A stretch of 63,836 bases of DNA, the filler included, from Sluysia triapertura (taxonomy: Eukaryota), in NCBI GenBank assembly GCA_046118255.1. It is 5 parts of 5 records of this genome, joined end to end, with 100 filler letters (N's around TTAATTAATTAA, not from the genome) between each part and the next. Parts side by side here need not be neighbours in the genome. Positions count along the whole stretch, not along the records: positions 38,203 to 52,127 come from JBJNIA010014090.1; positions 52,228 to 63,836 come from JBJNIA010182835.1; 3 more parts are not named here. One strand, given 5' to 3'. Of this stretch, positions 41,010-52,305 are shown in pieces (position 1 is the first letter of the stretch; the number at the start of each line of letters is the position of its first letter). The notes below the pieces were generated by a model. The model was given only the letters and a program-made list of their open reading frames with translations. It made no database searches and was not told the origin of the DNA. Both the position numbers and the translations under genes were made by a program.

Positions 41010-41472
41010 ATGAAATTATATTATACATTTTTATTAATTATTTGTTTGTATCATCAGTTAATAATAATTAATTGCTGTTTTGAATTATTGAATAAAAAAT
41101 GGTCGCCATTATCACTCAGTGAACGAATTGAACGATCTGAAATAGTATTAATTGGAAAAGTAATACAGCGATTTTTGGTTAAAAATAAAAGATGGTATTC
41201 TGTTGAATTTCAGTTGGTAGATGTAGTAAAAGGCATTGGAAGTAGTCAGACAGCTGATGTCAAATTAATTAATAAGAAACTAAATCCAACTGTTCTTATT
41301 GATGGTTTTGGTAGTACCATTGATTGTTTATCAGATGTAAAACCCGGATATGTTTATATTATATTTGGTATTGTTAAAGTTGATGGTAATATTTGGGCTC
41401 ACTATTTAACAAGTTTCGGTGCTGCTGAATTATTAACTAATTCTAATTATAACGTCGTACTCAATACTTTGG
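41010..41472 (+). CDS. Secreted NtA-domain (agrin N-terminal-like) protein, first coding exon
   Basis: Signal peptide MKLYYTFLLIICLY, then LSERIERSEIVLIGKV...YSVEFQLVDVVKG...VLIDGFGSTIDCLSDVKPGYVYIIF, matching the NtA pattern (LERREEEANVVLTGTV...YLKG...VVISGFGDPLICDNQV). Likely phase-1 donor G/GT at 41472/41473. Confidence 0.8.
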
Positions 41473-41951
41473 GTTGGTTTATTTAATTTATATTTAATAC
41501 TAAAATTGAATATTTAAAATTTTGGATATTAATGTATTATATCAATTTATATTGACCTAGTATCTAAAATAAGTAAAATATCTAATATACATCATAATAT
41601 TTCTGAAAGAGAAAGAACTTTGCCTTTTAAATATTTCATAAATATTTAATGCAATTAATGTTTCCTTCCATGTTCATTTCCGAATCTATACAGTAGCTTA
41701 TATTTCGTGCTTTTTAGTTAATTTCTAATATTTCTATTATTAACTTCGATTCGTTTATTTTAGTATTGTGGCTACTTTTATTACTGACAATTATAAATTC
41801 TGATTTTTCCTCATTAATTTTCAAACCATCTTATCAATTGAGTTACCAGTTATTCTGTTATATGAATAGTATATTCTATAATATATCTACATACATCACC
41901 ATATATGTGGTATTTATAATCTATTATACTTGATTCGATTTTACTTCATTA

Positions 41952-42056
41952 ACTGGACTGACCGGGACTCGAACCCAAACTTCTTACCTTCGATGCTCTG
42001 ACCACTAAGCTCTCAGCCCCGCCTAACAATTTTAATTTATTGTGGTCAATTTTACT
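41952..42056 (-). repeat. tRNA-derived repeat, copy D
   Basis: Reverse complement AAAATTGACCACAAT...TTGTTAGGCGGGGCTGAGAGCTTAGTGGTCAGAGCATCGA...GGGTTCGAGTCCCGGTCAGTCCA. Confidence 0.8.
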
Positions 42057-42070
42057 ATTATTACTCTAAA

Positions 42071-42071
<1 letters not shown>

Positions 42072-42111
<40 letters not shown>
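42072..42111. repeat. (TA)n microsatellite
   Basis: Perfect TA run. Confidence 0.95.
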
Positions 42112-42114
<3 letters not shown>

Positions 42115-43679
42115 ATCCTTGAGGAAATCTATTCTTCACATATTCATCATTTGACTTCACATAACTCAATAAAAATGTTGTTTTCTTTCTAAACAAAACA
42201 CAATTATGATTTGAAACTCTAAAAATATTACAGAATTTATTCTTAAAATAGCTGTTTCTGTTAAGTGATCATTATAAAAATGTGTTTAGACAGAAACTTT
42301 GACAATCGTTGTAAAAGTGCTTTTTCAATCACTTTTGAAAGCTAAGTTTCATGATAATTGTGTCCAATTTATAATCAGTACCAACAAGAACAACAACAAC
42401 AATAATAATATATTACCGCGATACATAAGTGTTATCACATTTTGAAAAAAATTTATTTTAAGCACATAAATTTCAGCCAGAATTGTATTTAAAATGTATG
42501 TGAATTTCTCGAACAAATATAATTAATAAATTTTGTTTTAATTATATTTCTTATATGATTTTAAGGAAAAATTTGATAACTTTGAAAAACCTATGCAACC
42601 AATGGAATCACATTATTAAATAGATTTTGATGCCAATAAATAACATTGTAGAAAGCAGAATAATAGCTGGATATGAGCAAACTAGGGCATCAGGGATTTA
42701 TTTATCTCCTACATTAATTTTTAAGCATAAAACTATACCCAGACTATGCCATGGAAACGATTACATGATACTATGTTGGAATTTTGGATTGATGAATGTT
42801 TCTGTTCTTTTAATTTACTGTCTTTATTATTACCTGGCAGATGACAAAGCTTCTTCGATTACCGTAAAAGAATTACTTCAAAGTCCGGAAAGTTCAGATG
42901 TAGCTAACTGGAGTTTAATCGTGAAATGATGTAAAATAATAATTTTTAAATATGCAAAAATATTTTACATGTATGGACTAGTAAGTGATAGTAAATCATC
43001 TTAATGAAGCAATTGTTTTATTCAGAATATAATAAATAATTTAAAGTTTGCTCAAAGATAAAACTGATGTTTCTGATTTAGTTTAGGTTTAGTGTTTTTA
43101 AATTACAAGTAAAGACAATAAAATTTCTTTTTGTAAATATATTTATAAAATACATCAAACCTTCTACATAATGCTTGGTTTAATAGTAAAGGTTCAATTA
43201 TTAACTTTACTTTTTTTGCTAAAAGTTTATTATAAGATTTCTCAATAATGCTTTTTGTACAGTTTTTTTTGCATTTATTTCTATGTGTTTATTCTGTTTA
43301 AATGTGTTATATCATAAAAACATTGCATTTTTTTATTATTTTCAAGATATTCAAGATTTTTCAATACGAATAATCATAAACAAGCACAATTATTTTAAAA
43401 TATACTTTTGTTTTTATTGGTAGCCAATTTATAATATCCTCTTTGTACTTGAAACATTATTCTCATCGATTGATTCAGTTCTTGTTGTAAATTTTGCATT
43501 TTTTGAATACTCTGCATTAAGTTTTACTATATCTTTATTGATAAATTACAACAAACATCAATATTATGTACAAAGGTGTTATAAAATTGTTCATAACTCT
43601 AATAATAATATTTAAAAAAATTATGTGATTTTTCAATAATTAAATAATAATTATTTTAATTGATTAAATAATGTAAATG

Positions 43680-44290
43680 AAACTATATGTCCTGCCCATA
43701 CACATTTAGTTGGTTTAATTTTTAATCTTGCTACTTCAAGCCTTTTAAGTGTATTATCTATATCTACTACATGAGTATCAAAATCTTTTGAAAATATAAT
43801 TATATCATCAAGGTAGACCAGATAATACGAAATTCAATCATCTTTGAAATATAGCCGGTGCGCCTGTTAATCCAAATGGCATTTGTTCACATTCATATAA
43901 TTCATTTCCGCATGAAAATGCTGTTTTCTCGGCTATCCTTCTCGGCTATTTCAGTTTGCCAGTAACCACTTTGTAGATCCAATGTTGTTAAATATTTGGA
44001 ATTTCCTAATTTATCTAACATTTCATCAATTCTTGGTAATAGAAATACGTATTTTCTTGTAATTTTATTTAATTCTCTAAAATCGATGCAAAATCTCATA
44101 GTACCATCTTTTTTCTTAACTAATAATACTGGTGATGAGAATGGAGAAAAGCTTGGTCTAATTATTCCAGCCTTTTTCATTGTATCTATTTGATCTTTCA
44201 TTTCTTGTTGGTTGCATAGTGGAATTCTGTAAGGCTTCTTTCTAATTACTTTATCTTCTATTAATGGAATTTCATGTTTTATTATGATGG
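43680..44290 (-). pseudogene. pol: Ty3/Gypsy reverse transcriptase
   Basis: KPYRIP, GIIRPSFSPFSSPVLLVKKKDGTMRFCIDFRELNK, LDLQSGYWQ, MPFGL, VYLDDIIIFS, LKIKPTKC. Frameshifted. Confidence 0.95.
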
Positions 44291-44519
44291 AATCTCCAAT
44301 ATCTATTTATTTCTTGCAATTTCCCAGGGATATCTATAGATAACTTTATATGATATCTCTTTTTGATGTTTAGTTAGATTCTTATTCTTTATTTGTATTT
44401 CTTCATAGTCTTCTTCATCTTCGATATTTCTTTGTAGTTTTGTGTTTTTATTTCTTGGCGTATCATCTGATATCATGTTTATTGGTGTTTGTAATTTATA
44501 ATTAACTATTTCTCCCAAT

Positions 44520-45110
44520 TTTGTACCTGCATAAAGCCATTTGTTTTCATCTATGTAATTTATAATTCTTATTGGTATATTTCCTTCGTTGGTATATATT
44601 TCCTACATATTGAATTCCTATATTTAATTTCTCTTGATATTTTTTTGAGGCTATAAACATTATTGGGCCATTTCTTAAACTGTTTGTTTTTCCTGGTATT
44701 ATGCATTATGTTCTTTTTAACAACCAACGTGGTTCTTCTAATATAACATCATCTTCATCAATTGGTCTATCTGTATATGTATCCATTAATTTTGCTTTGC
44801 TAAAATCTAATGAGACTCCTTTTAATTGGAATAATACATCCATGACTAATATCATATCCTCTGGACATTTTCTCATTACCCTACATTTTATTTCAATCTT
44901 GTTTTGTCCGATTTCACATAATATTTTTAATACTCCTAGTATTTCGATTTCATCTCCAGTTATTCCTGTTAGATATGAATGTTGTTTGGCTAAATTATTC
45001 AATTCTTTAGTAGTTAATAATGTTTCACTTATTAATGAAGCAACAGCTCCTGTATCAACTAATGCAGATAACATTCTTCCATTAACTCTCATATCCACCA
45101 TAGGTCTTCG
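44520..45110 (-). pseudogene. Retroviral-type aspartic protease plus Gypsy PR-RT spacer
   Basis: RPMVDMRVNGRMLSALVDTGAVASLIS...GITG...DMILVMDVL, followed by GNIPIRIINY...LYAGTKLGEI. Confidence 0.92.
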
Positions 45111-45289
45111 TGCACTATTATAATTATTATTAGCACATATCATATAAACTAGATTTCTTGGTGGTGGTTGATATAGACTTTGTTTTTCTTCAATAACTGG
45201 TTCAATATTTATTGTTTGTAATGCGATATCTTCAGTTTGTTTTTTCTCTTTCTTTAAAGCATTTAATTGAGCATGTGCATGATGATGTA

Positions 45290-47092
45290 ACAAGAACTTA
45301 GCTAAAAATGGAAAACAACCGATTATTAATTTCCATGTAAAACCTGATATTTTATAAATACCTACAACTGAAAATATTTGAGAGATTATAAGTGCTATGA
45401 CTTTAATTAATACATATATTCCTATTAAACCTGAAAAAGCTTGCCCTATAACTAAGAAATTTCCCCAAATTTATTTTAAATATTATGTGCTGCTAATAGT
45501 AATTCAAAATTTATCTTTCCATCTTTTTCTACTATTGCTTTATAAACTATATCAGTAAGTACCTTAGATCTTTTAATTGGGAATAAGATTTCATGCCAGG
45601 CCGCTTGAATGTCTTCATTTGAATAGATTCCTGATCTTGGAATGTTTTTTGTACCTGAAAATTTCAGTTTTGTTTTCACCTCTGTTAATCCTATAATTTC
45701 TGGAGTTTTGACTTGACTCCTATGTGGTAAAGATATCCAAAGATTATCGTCGATTTTATATTATGGAGCCATCACATTAGAGCAGTGTAGTGTTTTAGGT
45801 TTCACTTTATTTGTTGGCATAATTATTCTTGTAACTGGTTCTAAATAAGTATTTTGATTTTTATATATATTACTGGTAATTCGTTGGTGCATTTGCTTTC
45901 TTGTCTTATTGGTACTTCTAATTTTTTACACTTGTATGTATATAGAACTTCACCCATTAATCTACCAAATACTCCTTCTTCTAGTGGAAGTAACGGTGCT
46001 ACTAAGTCTGGGTTTGTTATTGCTACAGCTAATTTAGTTCTTAATATTTCTTTATTAAGAAATCTCTAGCTATAATGGCTTGATAAACTTTTTCTAATGA
46101 CATAAGTCCTAAGTGATAATAAAAGTCAATTTTGTTATTAAAGTAAGTGTTTAATTGTAGATTCTTTGTGTCTATTCCTTTTTTAGCCTGAAGTATCGTC
46201 TTTTCTGATAAATATATTCCTTGGTAGTTAGTTTCCGTGATTTATTGTCCACATCTAATTACTAATTTCTTTGATACGAATATTAATCCATCTTCTACTT
46301 TGTTAGCCATTAAAATTGTCGGAGTTTCAATTTCATGAAGTCTTTTTCTTTCAGTTATATCTAAATTATCCTTATAAATTTGTTTTTTATTTATTTCTTC
46401 TACTGCTAACTCATCTTCATTTTGATACATAAATCCTGAAATTAAATTAAACTTAATTTGTTTTAAGAATATTAACAGACACTGGTATTTTTCCAATTCG
46501 TATATTAATATAGATTCGCCAGTATCACAACTTCTTTGGTCTGGACATCATAGTACCTTTATCTAAATTGAAACTTCCATTAAAAGATTTCAGACTTACT
46601 ACGTATGTTTCTTGAGTTACAACATTATGATAAATTTTTCCTTCATATTCTATTGATCCTCTTTCACAAGTACCGTCAATTAATACGTTACCAGATTTTC
46701 TAATATTATAAATTATTTTCTCATTATTTTTAATTCTTAAGAATATATCCCTTGTTTAAGCTTATGTATCCAGTTATTCGGTGATATTTTAAAAGGTTTT
46801 AATATATTCGATATATTAATAATTGAAGAGTGACTATGATGTCCACAATACCATACTACTACAGATCTTTTAAGCATTCTTTTACTAAAGTCGTAACCAA
46901 ATTTCCTTCTTGGTACACATTTAATATTTTAATATCTTTTATTTTGACTCTATTTGTTCTAGATTCCGGACAGTCTTCGGTATCTAATAAAGAAAACTTT
47001 CTTCCAATTTGGGGTTGGTTACAATCAAAAGCTTTTATAGCATTAGTTTTATTAATTCCGATTAATGCAAATAAAACAATTATAAATAACAT
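45290..47092 (-). pseudogene. env: Chuvirus-like envelope glycoprotein (copy 2, essentially full length, frameshifted)
   Basis: Signal MLFIIVLFALIG, AFDC...SLLDTEDC, WYCGHHSHSS, DGTCERG, CGQ, NPDLVAPLLPLEEGVFGRLMGEVLYTYKC...CTNELPV, LEPVTRII...HCSNVMAP, GIYSNEDIQAAWHEILFP, and membrane region IWGNFLVIGQAFSGLIGIYVLIKVIALII...GFTWKLIIGCF. This is the motif series of Chuviridae-type G proteins. Confidence 0.88.
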
Positions 47093-47208
47093 ATTATTTA
47101 TTGAAGTTCCAAATTGTGGAAATGATCCATTTGAATTTCCTTTATTATTATTATTAGTCGGGATATTGTATTAAGTGGTTCATTTAAATATTCTTTCCTT
47201 CTTTTTCT

Positions 47209-47560
47209 TTATCCTTTTTTTATATTTTCCCATCCTCCGAATTGTTCAATTAAAGTACCTAATTTTTTATCAGTAAAGTTTATAACCTTATCTATTTTTT
47301 ATTTAGTTAACAGTGTCGCTTTATTACATTGGAATATTATGTAAGCCATTACTATCTTAAGTCTATATTAAGCATAATCTGTTTATTTATTATCTTAATT
47401 AATGCAGCTTTGTATTCCTTTAATTCAGGTAATAATGTTTTATACTTATCAAAGTTAGAAAATTTATTAGACAGTAGAGCGTCAATTATAGTTTTAGTAC
47501 TTAAAGTCTCTTCTATATTCTTATGGATAATTTTAGTCAAATCAGCAGGTTTTCTATGTA
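47209..47560 (-). pseudogene. Candidate Bcl-2-fold domain (copy 2)
   Basis: End of ORF 47352-47924 plus frameshifted continuation: IINKQIMLNIDL/KIVMAYIIFQC...KIDKVINFTDKKLGTLIEQFGGWENI. BH2-like GGW at 47230-47238. Confidence 0.55.
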
Positions 47561-48720
47561 TTGGGGTTGATAATATTGTCTCGTTATCATTATTCTTTTT
47601 AGGCATACCTGGTCTTCTTTTAAAAGTATTTGTTTCTTTATCTTCAGTTTCAATATGTGGATTTTTATTTAAATCTATTATATAGTCGGGTTTGCCTTCA
47701 GTATAATCATCATTCTCATTTGTAATATCTATAATTTTACTTTCATTATGATTATATATAACTTTATTAATATTATTTTCCTTATAATTATCTTCCATTA
47801 ATTCTTCTAGTAGTGTACGTGGGGTTTTATCTAAGTCAACATCATTGTCATCATTTATTAGTTCATCCAATTTTCTTAAATCATCAGAAGGCTTAGTATA
47901 TGCCATTATAACTGCGGAAGTCATTGATGTTTCCTCATGGTTTATTTATTTTATCATTAGTGGCTATTATTATTGATTCAATCTCTTCTGTGGCACTGTA
48001 ATAGGTATCTTCCTCTTCTATTTCCATTTCTTCCGCTTGTATTTCTTCATCATCCGTTTCTTTAATGTTATATATATTTTCTGTATCTGTTTCTACTTCT
48101 TGATCATCACTTAGTTCTGAGTTATTTTGTTGATTTTCTTCTTGCTTTAATTCTTCTTCTGTTGAACTTGATTCTTCTGTTGGAATTGATTCTGTATTTG
48201 ATTCTTTTTCTATTTCATCATTACTTTCAACTGACTTATTTAATTCTAGTTTCTTCGTCTTTCTTTCCCATTTGTCAATTATTTCTTGAATCCCTTTTCT
48301 TTTATCTTCATTTGATATCACTTTCTTTATCTCCTTTATTTGCTCAATGCTTTCTTCCAAAGGTTGGTCTAATAATTTTCGAATTCTAACCTGAATTGTT
48401 GAATTGTTTTTTTTCTCGTTGTTCCCTTCTTTGTTTATCCTTTTGAAATTCCAGGTATCTGTCATTCATGTAACTCATAAAGATTTCTTGTTTGTTCTTA
48501 AATCTTTTCTTGTCACAATCCAATCCAGTAATATAGAATTCCCGTATCATTGCATTCTTTTCTTCATCTGAAATTAACTTAAGATATTTATCATCTTCAT
48601 CACTACTCATTTCTCTTCTTCTTGGTTGTCTTCTAATTCTATTTCTTTCTCTTTTATACTGATGTTCTTCATATTCGCATTCATTTTCGTAATCTTTTTA
48701 GCTTCTATAATTACAATTTA
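47561..48720 (-). pseudogene. Acidic, low-complexity linker of the retroelement polyprotein
   Basis: Consecutive E/D/K/N-rich ORFs (48386-48610, 47935-48465, 47352-47924) offset by frameshifts, lying between the Gag knuckle and the Bcl-2-like region. Confidence 0.7.
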
Positions 48721-48759
48721 CCTGTCCTTTATTATTCTTATTATTATTATCATTAAACC

Positions 48760-49830
48760 TTACTTTCCTATTCGGGCTTTGGTATCGTCCCTTACCTTAT
48801 TAAAATCCTGAGTAAATACATTTTGTCTTAACTTCCTACAATCTCTTGAACAATGCCCCTTTTTATTACAGTTGTCACAGATTAATTTTCCATCACTATT
48901 AGTTTGAGTCTTATTATTTTCATATTTTGTTGGACTCTTGCTTCTATTCCTATTAAAATTGGAGCTTTGTGGTCATCTCGGTGCTAGTCTTTGTTCATAA
49001 TTAGAGGCACCATAGTTACTTGTTCTATTATTTTGAAATCCTCTATTATTATTTCTTCTATAATTATAATTATTTGAGTTACCCCTGTAATTGTTTGAAC
49101 TGCTTCTGTAATTATTTGAGTTACTTATCCAATTATTTGAATTTCCTCTAAAATTATGTCTGAAATTAATTGAATTATAATTGCCTCTACGTGGGCTATT
49201 ATATCGTCATAATTGTAATTACTGTCGTTATATTCTTCATAATTAAATTTATTGTTATCATAATTATTCGTATTTCTTGTTAATCTTGGGCTTTTATCTT
49301 CTTTTTCCTCATTATCACTTATATAATCAATATCATTCTTATTCTTATTCTTAATTTAGCGTTTTATACTTCTTAGTTTCTTAATTACTTCTTAAAAGGG
49401 TTTTCCTTCTATTAAGGTAACATAAGTTATTAATTCAGGTCGTAATCCAGTTTTTAATTTATCTATTAGTGTTATTTCCGTTTTATCTCAGGAATTTTGG
49501 CTCTAGCAACAAGGCTTTTAAGAGCGCAAGCATATTCATATGCAGATTCATTAGGTTTTTGTATTCTAGTATTGAGCATTTTAGCATAATATTTAACCAT
49601 ATCATCAAGAGCAATTTGTTCTGTATATGTATTAACAAATTCATTACATGTTTGTTTATCATTATTGCTTATTTCTTTATATGTCTGCATAGCCACTCTA
49701 GTTAGATAATTTTGGATCCGTTATATTTTTTCGGCTTCATTCCAGCCATTTTCTTCTGCTACGGTTTCATATTCAAATCGCAGAGATCTTCCTTTGCTCC
49801 GTCAAATTTTTTCATTTCAGGTAAAAACAT
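48760..49830 (-). pseudogene. gag: Gag (capsid-like domain, R/G/N-rich segment, CCHC zinc knuckle)
   Basis: KKFDGAKED../FEYETVAEENGWNE, RIQKPNESAYEYACALKSL (MHR-like), CDNCNKKGHCSRDC (C-X2-C-X4-H-X4-C) at ~48838-48879. Confidence 0.9.
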
Positions 49831-50255
49831 TATTGTGCCATATATTCCTTAAATTCATTAGGTAAAGCCATATAATACCTTAATTTTGATCTGTAATCTT
49901 CGTATAATACTATTTGCTTATTTATTTTTCTTTAACTTACTTAATCTATTAATAATCAGCATAGGGAGTAATAATTTTGCTTAAATTTATCTTATACTTA
50001 ACGAAATCTTGATACAATTATTCTAAAAATGCTTAAATCTTAGTATTAACTCTCAAATTCTTCTTTAATTCAATATTAATCCTTGAATTCTTCTGAAATA
50101 CTTAATTCTTATATCAATTCTATTCCAAAAATCTTCTTAATTACTTAATCTTTAAATTTATTCTTTTTAAAAATCTTTTATCTTTAATACTTGTCCTTAA
50201 ATTCTTCTAAAAATCTTATATCTTATGTTCATTTATATTATTGTATCAATACTGG

Positions 50256-50273
50256 TCCTCACTCTGGGCACCA
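50256..50273 (-). promoter_or_regulatory. Primer-binding site, most similar to the elongator tRNA-Met 3' end
   Basis: TGGTGCCCAGAGTGAGGA about 430 nt upstream of gag. 16/18 to the complement of the vertebrate elongator tRNA-Met 3' end as recalled (TGGTGCCCCGTGTGAGGA). Confidence 0.7.
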
Positions 50274-51250
50274 GTTTATTCTATGTAGAAATGTTTACTT
50301 AGAATGAAATAAAAGCTTAAAGTGAGTTCACGAACGTACTGGGATTACCAGCTAGGGCCTGCCATTGGATTTCTTAAAAGAAAGTCTCAAAAAATTTAAT
50401 GTGCACTAAAGGACTCTTAACTGTGTATTAAAAAATGCTTAGTCTTCTGGAGGCAATTAAATTTTAAAAGAATTTAACAATAATCAAATTTACAAACAGA
50501 TTTTACGTCGACTCCTTTACACGGAATCTTTAAAGATGATTTTACGTAGCTAGAAGTTAATTCAAAACATAAAACAAAACGATAGATTTTATAGTTAAAT
50601 CTATATAATTCGTAATAAAAGTCTGAAAAAGTTCACGTAATTTATTCTAAGAAAAGCGTTACAATAATATATTGATAGTAAAATATATTTTTCGTAAATT
50701 AACTATTTAAGTTAATTTCTTGCTAATAGATAATAAAAAACAATAATTTACGCATGGATCTATGAAAAGATACAATAATTATATATAGAAGTTTAAGTTG
50801 ATTTTACCTTTGATACTTTACAGTATCTCCCTTAAAAATAATTAAACTAACGTGATCAAGATAATAACAATCTTTTAATCGTCTAATTGTCTTAATTCGC
50901 GAATGCGTATTCCACCATAAATTTACAATTGTACAAATGAAATTGTGAATTTATTTCTACAATTTGCTTTTTTCTATAGTATCAATTCGGCCTTGACCGA
51001 ATTGAAACAAAATTAATAATTTTATTAAATCATTAAAATCTTTAAAATTAAGGTATTTCTGATCACGTTAATTTAACTTATAATTTAAATTTCAATTAAA
51101 AATTTCTTTTAAAAATAAAATTGCAAATTAAAAAATTTCTTTAATAAAATTCGAAAATTCCAAATAAAATTCAAAAATTCCAAGTAAAATTCTATAAAAG
51201 TCAATAAAATTCAGTAATTCAATAAATATACCACAAATTACAAATGATCA
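50274..51250 (-). repeat. Probable 5' LTR region (outer boundary unknown)
   Basis: Immediately upstream of the PBS. Candidate end ...CTACA at 50284, or ...AAACT overlapping the PBS. No second LTR in the window to confirm. Confidence 0.45.
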
Positions 51251-52127
51251 ATAAATATTCGCTAAATAAAAATCAATAGATGATTGTGTATAATCAATTC
51301 ATAATCACTATAAATGTATATGTGTATTTGGTGTATTAATTATCATTTTTTGTATAAACAAAGATTTTTCGGATGAAAAATATAACATGAGTTTTGACCT
51401 CGTTGATGTCTTTATTAATGAAAATAACTAAAGAATTACATATTACGTATGAGGACAATTACGAATAAGTAGTGTACTAGTACTACCAATTAAATGTAAT
51501 GTATTGAACGAAATAGCTAAAACAATAAACAAATGTTTAATGAAACGCGCGCATCAATTACTGTTACACGGAGGAAAGAAAAATTTCTGTACAGTCCCTG
51601 CTACAAGAAATATGAAATTAAGCAAACTCCATTCCATATATTCAATATAAAAAGTATGGGATGTAAAAATAGTAATAAAATGACGTACAACAGATATAAG
51701 AGTATCAAAAAATTGTACGGGTATCTCTAATTTATATTAATATAATTAATTAATAATAAACTTTAATTTCATAAAATCATGTTATAAACGCCCTCAAACA
51801 ATTCGATGTTATGTTAAACTCCATCCTAACATAAAAATTAAATATCAATACATTCAAATGTTCATTATTTTCTGGCTCCGCGTACACAACGTCACACCTT
51901 TAAAAACGATTTACCTTAACTATTTTTACCAATTCCAGAAATAATGTCACTATCATCAATAGACAGTTAATTAATTAAACTATTACTATTACTTTGTATA
52001 TGTTTATTTATACTACATGCTGCTGGGTTCTTTTTTATCCTAAAGACTTGCCTACAGCAAAATAATTAATATTTATGAGTCCGTTTACAGTATACGACTT
52101 ACCTATGGCGTACCTGTAAAAATCACG

Positions 52128-52227
52128 NNNNNNNNNNNNNNNNNNNNNNNNNNNNNNNNNNNNNNNNNNNNTTAATTAATTAANNNNNNNNNNNNNNNNN
52201 NNNNNNNNNNNNNNNNNNNNNNNNNNN
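52128..52227. other. Artificial scaffold-joining spacer
   Basis: N44-TTAATTAATTAA-N44. Confidence 0.97.
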
Positions 52228-52260
52228 TAATATTAAGAAATAAAATAATAGATAATATTA

Positions 52261-52291
<31 letters not shown>

Positions 52292-52305
<14 letters not shown>

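Larger units (their letters stand above)
43680..50273 (-). mobile_element. Degenerate Ty3/Gypsy LTR retroelement with internal envelope (gag - linker - Bcl-2-like - glycoprotein - PR - RT), truncated after RT
   Basis: Continuous same-strand series of recognisable domains, starting at a PBS. No RNase H, integrase or 3' LTR is visible downstream of 43680. Confidence 0.9.

Noticed and set aside
42627-42929. 100-aa ORF as exon 2 of the NtA gene
   Set aside because: No agrin-type (Kazal/follistatin, EGF, TSP) Cys pattern and no convincing splice signals.
43996-49705. Plus-strand hydrophobic ORFs (e.g. 44701-45123, 46830-47174, 47329-47685)
   Set aside because: Antisense shadows of the A-rich minus-strand retroelement coding sequence.
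51143-51220. CRISPR-like short repeats
   Set aside because: Eukaryotic context, low-complexity ~20-bp tandem units without unique spacers, and no cas genes.
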